This document shows positions 25,401 to 35,759 of a stretch of 64,000 bases of DNA, piece after piece. Source of the DNA: Azolla caroliniana. Its lineage: Eukaryota; Plantae; Polypodiophyta. How positions within the stretch are numbered: the stretch's first letter is position 1; the number at the start of each line of letters is the position of its first letter. The stretch lies in the NCBI GenBank assembly GCA_043228905.1, contig JBHGNT010000004.1:19778001-19842000 (forward strand), in the 5' to 3' direction. The notes under the pieces were generated by a model. That model was not told the origin of the DNA, made no database searches, and saw nothing but the letters and a program-made list of their open reading frames with translations. A program made the position numbers and the translations under genes.

Positions 25401-26645
25401 ACGTACTGCATACACCATTCCTTGTCCGTTAGATCACACGGTCAGGAAGGTCCTCACCACTAGTAGCAGCTACCATTTTCTTTTGGCTAACATCATCGGA
25501 TAGTTGAGATTTTGTCTCCTCGTTAAAGAGAAGCCTTTTTCCTCTCTTCATGTTCTAAGGAACTATTTGTTTCTAGGTCTTAATTGGAGAGCCTTGAATT
25601 CGGAGCTTTATTTTCTTCATAGGTCGGTCCGACAAGTTCTCAAATGACCTATTTAAGAAAGGACGTGCGAAAATATAAGTTAGTTGGTTGCCTAGATTAA
25701 GGTTGCATTTTAAAATATACATAAGTAGACCAAGACAAAAACTAGCAAGAGATTTGTACTAAACTCTAAATATCAATCATACTTTCTGTGAACATGATAG
25801 ACCTTTATTGTGAATTTAAATCTAGTAAGGGCTATTCAACTTCAAATATTATATATCTTAGTAATTATACAAGGATATGTATCATATTGGAGGGTAGGTA
25901 TGGCTTATATTGATTCCATATCCCATATTGTTGAGAATTTTAATACGATAGACTTGAATTTGGTATCATAAAGGTAATTCTTGGGTTATTTTCTATTATT
26001 TTAAACTATTATAGATCATAAAACCTTTTTCAATAAGGGCGCTAAATGTTAGAAAATGTAGCAAATGTCACTTAAAAAGTCTGAATTGGACATAAAATTG
26101 GTATCTTTTCACACATATACCAAATTGTTCCCCCAAAGACACAATATTCCTATTTAAAGTTTTTGTTGTATACAGTAACTCGATACACCGTATCGAGTTC
26201 ATGTATAAAACACAAACTTTAAACAGAAACTCGATACGGCGTATCGAGTTCCTGTATAAAACACATACTTTAAATAGGAACTCGATAGTACGGCATATCG
26301 AGTTCCTGTATAAAACACATACTTTAAACAGGAAGTCGATACGCCATATCGAGTTCCTGTATAAAACACAAACTTTCAACAGGAACTCATTACGATGTAT
26401 CGAGTTTTTGTATAAAACACAAACTTTAAATAGGAACTCGATACCCCGTATCGAGTTCCTGTATAAAACATAAACTTTAAACAGGAACTCGATACGCCGT
26501 ATCGAGTTCCTGTATAAAACACAAACTTTATACAGGAACTTGATATGTCGTATCGAGTTCTTGAGTGCTAAAACATATTTACAAAAATGTTCGTACTGGC
26601 AGGTGCTTACTTGGATTCTTGGCGCTCGATCGTTATCGAAGACAT
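22469..26645 (-). pseudogene. Six-exon gene for a ParB-like domain fused to a beta-class N6-adenine/N4-cytosine DNA methyltransferase. Exons approx. 26645-26611, 25648-24039, 23962-23824, 23738-23272, 23183-22891, 22799-22469
   Basis: ParB/Srx-like region (HVQNLKKKM..VPFIVMV..YFVIRGSHSAEAHRQL..IYVGLTTKEAKLLAWDHN). MTase motifs in beta order: VICGD, LMIGDIPYG (motif IV), AW|IK, NPYQKP, WILDLFFGTG|TTSACALKLFRNKVALEKD (motif I). The first four introns are GT-AG with matching phases, and the last acceptor appears mutated AG>AA. Several premature stops and frameshifts. Confidence 0.85.
26171..26562. repeat. Array of 8 palindromic units, period 51 bp, inside the predicted first intron of the ParB-MTase gene
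   Basis: Consensus ACAGGAACTCGATAC-GCC-GTATCGAGTTCCTGT followed by the near-constant linker ATAAAACACAAACTTTAA. Confidence 0.95.
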
Positions 26646-26761
26646 GATTCTCGTTGTCGATGCTTACGGGGAGATGACGATTTGGTGCTGCTGCTATGGG
26701 TTGTTTGTGCTGTATATGCTTTGTTCTACGCGCGAGTGATTGCGAAATGAGGAGGTCTTCC

Positions 26762-26814
26762 TATTTATAGGGATTGACCATTCTGGTTAAAGTAAGTACA
26801 GTTACTTTAACCAG
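26762..26814 (-). promoter_or_regulatory. Putative TATA box of the ParB-MTase gene with an adjacent perfect 13-bp inverted repeat
   Basis: TATAAATA on the minus strand at 26762-26769, about 120 bp upstream of the ATG at 26645. CTGGTTAAAGTAA-gtacag-TTACTTTAACCAG at 26783-26814. Confidence 0.5.
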
Positions 26815-26959
26815 GGTTGGTAAGCTTAAGGTTAGTTAGTTAGACCTAAGAAAGAGTTTCTTTGACCTTAGGACACTTTTTTCTTAGACCTTAGTACACT
26901 TTATTTAGTACATAATCTTGAATGTACCCATGACTCTCTAATGGATTTGAATTAAATGA

Positions 26960-27262
26960 TGCTTATGAATGAATCAATGATTAAATACTCAAACTAAGAT
27001 ATTAATGATTATTTTATACTCAAACTAACATACAATGCCTTTGAAGGTCATAAATAAAACAATGATAGAAGTTCATGAATGAACCAATGATTGAATACTC
27101 AAAGCAACATTTTTATGACTCTCTAATGTTTTGTATTAAAGATGTGGCCATGAATGAACCAATGATTGAAAAGGCTTATATTTAAAATGGTGGGGATGAA
27201 TGAACCAATGATTGAGAAGTTCTATATTAAATATGGGTGCCATTAATTAACCAATGATTTTA
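26960..27262 (+). repeat. Five dispersed copies of ATGAATGAACCAATGATT (CCAAT-containing) in the intergenic region between the divergent genes
   Basis: Copies near 26965, 27075, 27150, 27197 and 27242 (the first and last are more degenerate). Confidence 0.7.
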
Positions 27263-29478
27263 ACTTTAAACTAACATATATATGGCTTGGTAATGATTGT
27301 AATTATATTATACTTGATGGCTAAAGTAAATTTAATTTAATTTATATATTATAGGATTAATAAGGTATAAAATATAATTGATTCGACTTTATACTGACTA
27401 GTTTAAGTAATTATTAATATGTTGAATAAATTTATTATATTAAAAATAATATCTTTATTTATTGTATTTATATAATATTAAATAATATAGACATTATATT
27501 GAGGGAGCTTCTGTTTAGAGAGGAGTTTATGTTTAGAGAGGAGCTTATTAGTTTTTTATATTAGCCCAAGCACATAACTTGAAGAGCTCTATGTGGACCT
27601 TAAGCCATGAGTGAAGACTCACTGTTCTTGATTGAAGATTATTGTTTGTCATCAGACTCTTCGTTTTCTACCGAAGAGTTTTGTCTATCGACAGAGTCAC
27701 CATTTTCTAGCAAAGAATATTGTCTGTCAACAAACTCACCCATTTCTATCGAAGAGTATTGTCTGAGCTCATCTTCACCTACAACACATGTGAATAATGA
27801 CACATGTGAAGAGTTCTCTATTGAAGAATACGATATTAATAAAGATACGGAGAATGAAGGTAGTGCCAATGAAACATCGAATATCATGGGCGATAGTCAC
27901 AACAAAGAATTGGACTGTAACAAGGTTACCCCAACTTCTATGCAGGAAGAGAAATCTGGAAGCCCTATGCATATTAGAAGTAGAATTCATCTGGCCAGAT
28001 TTAACTTGGTGACATCAGATAAGCAGATTGGATTGGATGTCAACAAAATATGTTGTGCCCGTGGTTGTATATCTATGATTGAAAAATCAAAGTTGCGAGA
28101 ATTAAGGCGATACTATTTTTCGATGACTGGTGATGAGCAAGACACTTACCTCGGGTCACATATGCAACTAGTGTCTGACAAATGTACGGGGATCAAAGAC
28201 ATTTGAGTATTATATCTTCCATGGGCAACAAATATGTAGAGTTGCCTTCAAAATTGCGTTATGTGTTAGTAACATGCGGCTACATAGAGTACAACGACGC
28301 CTACATAGAGGTTCCAAGTTTGAAAGGTGCAATTGGAAGACATGCTATTGGTTGGATGAAAAGTTACTATCAGTTAAATTGTGAAGTAATGCCCACTACA
28401 GGTAGGAAGGATACGAGTAAGAAGGTGCAAAAACATCAATGGAAAAGGATACGAGTAAGAAGTTACTACATGAGCATCGTGAGGCACAATCGTTAGAACG
28501 AAAGAAGGTGATGCATCATAAAGAGAAGTGTTTGAAGAGGCCCGAACAATACATGTGCTTAATGATAGATGGCATGGACCAGAAAAAGACGTGCTTACCG
28601 CATATGCGGAGGCTCCCCAAAGACATCAATGATGAGTGCCTTGTTCAAATGCACTTGGTGGGATGCTTGGCTTATAATATGTCTGTTGGACCTAACGTCT
28701 TCATTACATACCCCAATGTTCACAATGACCCTAACCTAACAGTTATAGTGATTCACCGAGTTTTGATGTCTTGGGGCCAGCTGTTCCCCCTTGTTCTATC
28801 AATTCAATTGGACAATACTGCTAGAGAGAACAAACATTCAACTATGTTTGGCTATCTAAGTATGTTGGTCAACCAAGGATTGTTTAGAAAAGTGAAAGTC
28901 AATTTTCTTTTGGTTTGCCACACACATGTTCATATAGATCAGATGTTTAGCACATTCTCCAGACAGTGGTCTCGGCATGATGCTTTCACATTACCAAAAC
29001 TATTTGATGTCATTTGTGATGCATATACGCCACGCCCAAAAGTGTTACACTTGAAGGAAATATATGACTTTAAGAGATATATATCAGATGGGATTATTTG
29101 GAATGTTAAAGTGCTCGCCCAATTAAACAATATAAGCTTCAATCACATTTTTATGATAAAGAAAAATGAAATAAGTGGTTCTACGCTTTTGTATGCTAAA
29201 CAATATTCATCTTCTACAACATGAGAACCTAAAGGTGCTTGCCAGTTATTACTTTGTATGCCGTGTACAATTGTCCATGGAGCTAAACAAATGCTAATTG
29301 AGAAGAAAGGACAGTTGCATAGTGACTTGGTATCAGACCAAAAACAATTATGGCTCCAAACCTTAGAAGAAAAAAGAAAGCATATTGAAGCCACAAAGAA
29401 ATATGCCGCACAACAAGACACGTCATGGTGGGATGTATTTTTTAGTGATCAGAAAGCAATTATAGAGAATTGTGTATT

Positions 29479-29924
29479 TGTTGTCCACCGGAATAGTAAC
29501 CGACGAACCGAAGCGTAGAAGTATTATAATATAGTAAAGCGTAAGAAACACATGTAACGAACGGTTCATGCGGGAAGCATGAATGGCTAAAAGACCTTGT
29601 GTATATAAAGGGAAGAAATCATCTGTAAGAGGTAGCGTGTAATTTTGGTGCATAGAGCGTTTTCTCTAATAGAATACTATCTTCTCTGATTTCTGTGCAG
29701 ATCTGTGGTTGTATCTACTGTGTTCTTGTTCTCTATTGCATACTGTTAATCATCAGACTGTAGGTGTAAGTGCGGATACTAGTTCCTAAGCAGTTCGGTT
29801 GTAGCCGTCTCCCTGATACGCTACTAGGACGTATTACGGTACAACGGTACCATTCCTTGCAACACAGTCACCTTGAGGTCTACGTCGAAGGACTGACCGT
29901 AGGCAGTGTTCCTAATCGGTAATA
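29479..29924 (+). mobile_element. Solo LTR (446 bp) inserted in the transposase
   Basis: Begins TGTTG and ends GGTAATA (CA>TA). Perfect 5-bp TSD GTATT (29474-29478 / 29925-29929). TATATAAAG at about 29602. Confidence 0.85.
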
Positions 29925-30558
29925 GTATTTGGTTATAATTGGAATTTGGAAACGCCATTCACATGGTCACTACAACATGATTGTGTAAATAAAACTCCGG
30001 AGCAACCAACAAATGCAATTCATGACAATTTGATCCATCCACAACAAAGAGACATTTATGTGGGACCAAGGATGACCAAAGTAGCCGAAGCTAGATGGCA
30101 AGACCATTTGCAAGAGCTCGCGGCAGGGATGATGATTGTAACGCCGGCTGATGAGAACTCACATGGCCACCAATTTTGGGTTGATAAAATTCTAGAAGTG
30201 CTAATGCATGAAATAGAAAACAAGATCAAGTCTATAAACGTTCATTGGTACAACACTAGAAGTGCAAATGCTTTTACGGGTAAGTATACATTGGAGATGA
30301 TTGAATGCCCAATGACAAGGGGAGGTAGGAAGAGGAAGCGAAACATTCGTAACACCTCAACCCTTGATATCTCTCATGTGGATATCATCGTGTATGACTT
30401 CACACTTACAAAAGCCGGATGATTAAGTCAACAATAGATATAATAAAAGAAAATTTAGCAGGTCTACAAGGTGGCTCGAGTCGAAGGCAAACGAGATTTG
30501 CTACATATAATCTAGAGTCAAACCATTTGGTTTATGACGAAGATAATGCATTGATTGG

Positions 30559-33500
30559 TGTTGGCATAAAAGGCCGACTCCTTCCAAATTGTATCCGTCC
30601 TAGTGTGAACTCGTTAATAAATTAGGGCTTAGTATATAAGCGAATACCTAACATTGTAATGAGTGATGACGAGTAGACTATTGTATCTCTGAGAAAGAAC
30701 GAAGTAATAAGAAGCTTTCCATTAAAGCTCCATATGTGTAAGTCTCCACGTCTATACCAATTTCTGTATGTGTTGTTTGTTGTCTAGTACCGACTATAGA
30801 TCCATATACGTTTCTGCACCTAACACTCGTAACCACAATTGGTATCAGAGCCGAATCTTTGTTCGGTAGAAGCTGAAAGAAAAGAGCCGAATCTTTGTTG
30901 TTCGGTATCAGACAACAGAAGAAGCTGAAAGAAAAGAGCAGGTCAGAAATCTCAAGTTCACAAATAGAATATGGCTTCAACATCCGAAACAGGAGTTGAA
31001 ATCAAAAAATTCGACAACAAAAACTTTGCCTTGTGGAAGGAGATGATGCAAGATGTGTTGATCATTCGAAGACAGGTCGAAGCCATTCGGCACAGCGAAA
31101 AACCTACTTCAATGACAGAAGAGGAGTGGAGATCAACGGGCGAAATCCCACGCTCCACCATCCGAATGCATCTAGTCGAAAACGTCTATTTCAGCATGGC
31201 AAAAGAGATGACAATGTTCTCATTGTGGGAGAAGCTACAAGCCGTCTATGAGAAGAAATCCTCATCTTCGAAACTGATCTTGATCAAACAATTGTTCAAC
31301 ATGAAGATGAAAGAGACTGATCCAGCAACATCCCACATCAACACCTTCAGCCAGGTGTTGTCAGAGCTCTCATCACAAGGGATCAACTTCGAAGAAGAAG
31401 TAAAAGCCCTTACCCTCCTATCGAGCTTGCCGCGAGTTGGGAGGTATTCTGTACGACTTACGCCAATAGCCGACAGATCCTAAATCTGGACGAACCAATC
31501 AGCCAAGTCCTCATAAAGGACATCAGGCGAAAATCGATGGGACTAACCATCGATGAGTCGGTAGAAGCCCATCACTCAACCGAGTCGTTCGACCGACAGA
31601 GTCGAATGAAAGAACAAGCCGACAGAACCGGTCATCACTACAACTGATTGAAAACAAGGGTTGATCGACAACGGTCGAAGTCGAGAACGGGCCGAACAAG
31701 TGAGTACTGCACACACTGCAGGAAAGCTAGCCACAATGTTTTTGACTGCTGGTCAATAAAAAGAAAAGAGAGTGGTCGGCGATCTGAGCGGAATCGGGGA
31801 CGTTCCGACTCGGACCACTCTCCAGTCGGCAACCAGATCAATGTTGTTGACACCCGATCCAGAGAAATCCTCTCCCTAGAGGATTCGATGATCGGAGAAG
31901 TCCTCTACAGTGCACAAGTTGCACACATGTGGCTACTAGACTCTGGTGCCACATTTCACGTGACCCCCAACGTTGATTGGTTCTCGAACTATTTAGCCGA
32001 TGCCAGTGGCACAATTTGACTGGGAAACGGGCAGGAGTGCAAGATAGCCGGAACTGAGGAGGTTCCCATCAAATTTCCAAATGGGAGCACAATAACTCTA
32101 CACGAAGTTTGGCACGTACCCGATCTAAAGAGGAGTCTGGTCTGCATCGACATGTTAGCCAAAGATGGGTATTGAACGACTCTACATGAGTCAACATGGG
32201 TGATCAACCGAGGAAACCTCAAAATCGGTAGTGGGCATAAGTATAATAATCTATACCCATTGATGGCGATCAACCTTGAAGGGGCCATGAACGTAGCCGA
32301 GAAAACCGACCCGTACTTATGGCATGGCCGACTTGGCCACATGTCTCAAGTTGGACTTGATCTGCTAATGCCGGTTGGCTACATCCCGAAACTCGAGGCA
32401 AAGACGAACTTCTGTGAGCATTGTCGATATGGGAAACAAACCCGAAGTTCGCACTCTCTCCACTACGAGACGGTATGACAAGCCCTAGAGCTCGTGCACA
32501 CAGAAATATGTGGGCCCATGCCAGAGCGATCACTAGGAGGATCCTGGTACTTCATCACATTCGTAGATGACTGTACACGGAAAGTTTGGGCATACTCCAT
32601 CAAGTCCAAAGATGAAGCACTCGAGGTCTTCACTCGATGGATATCTGAAGTGGAGAGCCGGTCGGGACACAGAGTGAAGACACTTTGATCCAACAGCGGA
32701 GGTGAGTACACCTCCAGAGCCTTCAAACAGTACCTGTCCGAAAAAGGGATCCGGCATCAAAAGACCGTTCCTTACACACCCATGCAGAATGGGGTGGCTG
32801 AACGGATCAACCGAACGATCCAGGAGAGGGTGATGGCAATGCAACAAAGTGCATATTTCTCGGTTATGGAACCGATGGGGACTTCGGCTACCAGCTATGG
32901 GACCCTGAGAACCGGAAATTGATCCGGAGCAGCCATGTAGTCTACAATGAAGACTCTATCTTCTCTTAGTGGAACCAACAGAAAACAGTTGGTAAGAAGG
33001 TATCCTTCAAAGATGACAGCATTGTCATAGAAAGACCGACCCAACGGGCTGAATCGGAGACTCGACAAACAGTAGAACTCCAACAAGCTGCGAACTTCCC
33101 TGTCGACACCGAATCGGCAACAAGTCCTATCGTCGAACTCAAAGACAAAGTCTTCAAAGACACAACTGAATCGACAAGAGTCAACAAAGGCAGAGTCACT
33201 AAGACGCAAGTCAAAACCGAGTCAACAACAACCACAGGGGAGAACAACCAGACACCGTTGAAATCTCAAACCGAGGGTGGGACACCACAAGACTCCTGAC
33301 ACAACTAGTTCAACAAATACCGATCGTCAATCGGACCGATCAAAGGATCCGAACTAGATATTATGGCACCCAAGAGATCTGGACAAGCTCGAAGGCCAAC
33401 AAAGTTTTATCAACCGGGCCTCGACTATGTCAATTACACGGATGTAGGCGAACCAAGCACGTATGACGAAGCTATGGCCGCACCGAACGCCGAAACATGG

Positions 33501-35498
33501 CTGCAGGCCATGAAATCCGAAATAGACTCGATTCATCAGAATCAGACATGCAAGCTGGTCGAACTACTAGCAGGAAGAAAGCCGCTACCTTGCAAATGGG
33601 TGTTCCAATACAATTACGTATCCAACTCGGAGAAACCCAAGTACAAAGCTCGGCATGTCACGAAAGGATTCAAATAGAAATATGGGGCCGACTACGATGA
33701 GATATTCTCACCAGTAGTCAAGATGACCACCCTCCGACTCCTACTAGGAGTCGTGGCGACAGAAGATTTAGAGCTGGAGCAGATGGACGTAAAGACGACA
33801 TTCCTACACGGAGATCTGGAAGAAGACATATACATGTCTCAATCAGCAGGCCTCACGACGATGGGGGAGGACAGTCACCTCGTATGTCGACTAAAGAAAA
33901 GTCTATATGGCCTAAAACAAGCGCCGAGAATGTGGTACCAGAAGTTTGACTCCTACATACGGCATCTTGGATACAACAGATCAGACTCTAACCCATGCAT
34001 GTATGTTCGGCAACTGGCCGACGAGTCAAGGATCTATCTGATCCTATACGTCGACGACATGTTGATTGTAGAGAGCAATCAAGTAGAGATCGGTAAGCTG
34101 AAGCGAAGCCTTCACGCAAAGTTCGCGATGAAGGAACTTGGACAAGCCTGACACATACTGGGCATGAGGATAGAGCGAAATCGGACGACCAAAACTCTCC
34201 GACTCTCCCAGTCCGAATACATCCACAAGGTGCTAAAGCGCTTCCACATGGAGAATGCGAAGCCAACACTGACACCACTTCTGACGTTGATCAGACTATC
34301 AAATAGAGACTCTCCTGCAACAGACAACGAGAGAGAGCTTAATTGAAAGATACCCTACGCATCGGCAGTAGGAAGTATCATGTATGCAATGGTGGCAACC
34401 CGACCTAACCTAGCCTATGTCGTAGGGGTGGTCAGCCAGTACATGTCAAACCCAGGAAAGAAACATTGGGAGGCCATCAAGCACATCCTTAGGTATCTAA
34501 AAGGAACCACGGATGCATAGCTGACTTTCAAACTGACAATCTCAGCCGAAATCGAAGGCTACATTGACTCCGACTACGCCGGGAACACGGACAATCGGAA
34601 ATCGACATTAGGCTACATCTTCACCTATGGTGGCGGTGCGATATCATGGAGGTCGAAACTTCAACACTGCACGACTCTGTCTACTATAGAAGCCGAGTAT
34701 ATAGGAACATCGGAATCAGCGAAGGAAGCGATTTGGCTGTACCGACTGGCTACCGACTTCAGAACTACAAACCGAATAGACCAACCAACGCCGACTATCT
34801 ATTGTGACTCACAAAGTGCAATACACCTCATCAACAATCCCGTCTACCATGCAAAGATGAAGCACATTGAGGTGTAGTATCATCATATCCGGCAGCTCGT
34901 GACGGAGAAGAAACTCGAAGTTCGGAAGATCGACACCAAGGTGAACATCACCGATTGCCTGACGAAGCCACTCCCAGATCAACACTTCGGAACGCTAAGG
35001 ACGAAGATGGGGCTATGAAAAGTGACTGAGCAGAAGAAAACCGAACAAGGAGCAGAAGGTAAGAGCTGACCAACACTCATACTATACCTCTGCCGACTCG
35101 GCTACTTGCCGACAGACTTGTAACATAAGATCTAGTTAAATTTGTAATCTAGGTTTACGGGGGAGATAACCCCAAGCACTTGTACATGCACGAAAGAGTA
35201 GTTCTTTTACGGGGGATTTTGTTGGCATAAAAGGCCGACTCCTTCCAAATTGTATCCGTCCTAGTGTGAACTTGTTAATAAGTTAGGGCTTAGTATATAA
35301 GCGAATACCTAACATTGTAATGAGTGATGACGAGCAAAGTATTGTATCTCTGAAAAAGAATGAAGTAATAAGAAGCTTTCCATTAAAGCTCCATCTGTGT
35401 AAGTCTCCACGCCTATTCCATTTTCTGTATGTGTTGTTTGCTGTCCAGAACCAACTATAGATTCATACACGTTTCCGCACCTAGCACTCGTAACCACA
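30559..35498 (+). mobile_element. Full-length Ty1/Copia retrotransposon (LTRs 30559-30837 and 35220-35498), pseudogenised gag-pol
   Basis: 279-bp LTRs, TSD ATTGG, PBS TGGTATCAGAGC at 30840 and PPT before 35220. Gag, CTHCRKASHNVFDC knuckle, WLLDSGATFH protease, integrase, RT (QMDVKTTFLHGDL, LYVDDM) and RNaseH, with many stops. Confidence 0.95.
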
Positions 35499-35759
35499 AT
35501 TGGTACATCCGAGGATGACGAGGAGGAATCGTCATTGGATATTAGTTATAGAAGTGATTCTCCGTAAAGGAGTGATCATGAATGTATTTTTGGCTATTAA
35601 GTGTAACTACATTCCGCTTGTAACAAATCGAGTAATATAAAAGCATGTGTTTTGAATTCTTATGATTTCTAAAAAATCATTAAAATAACATTAGTTGTAA
35701 AGTTTGTGATATAAATTGAGAATGTAACTTTTTGAAATTCCTCTTTTTTTGTTTATTTC

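Larger units (their letters stand above)
27607..35567 (+). pseudogene. DDD/E transposase (DUF7869/Sola1-like) with N-terminal 13-aa repeats and a C-terminal BAH/Tudor-like domain, interrupted by a solo LTR and a full Copia
   Basis: CLMIDGMDQKKTCLPH, QLDNTARENK and FLLVCHTHVHIDQMFS. Collinear with the homolog at 52835-55523. The reading frame resumes across the Copia (DEDNALIG|TSEDDEEESS..SP*, stop at 35565-35567). The family name comes from motif recall and is not verified by search. Confidence 0.75.

Noticed and set aside
26068-26473. ORFs with 17-aa repeats on both strands
   Set aside because: By-products of the 51-bp palindromic repeat, which lies inside a predicted intron.
26171-26562. 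CRISPR-like appearance (palindromic repeats at regular spacing)
   Set aside because: The linkers are near-identical rather than unique spacers, there are no cas genes, and the context is a eukaryotic intron.
35499-35505. ATTGGTA after the 3' LTR resembles the start of a PBS, suggesting a tandem Copia
   Set aside because: It is the ATTGG TSD plus host sequence, and the transposase frame resumes exactly across it.
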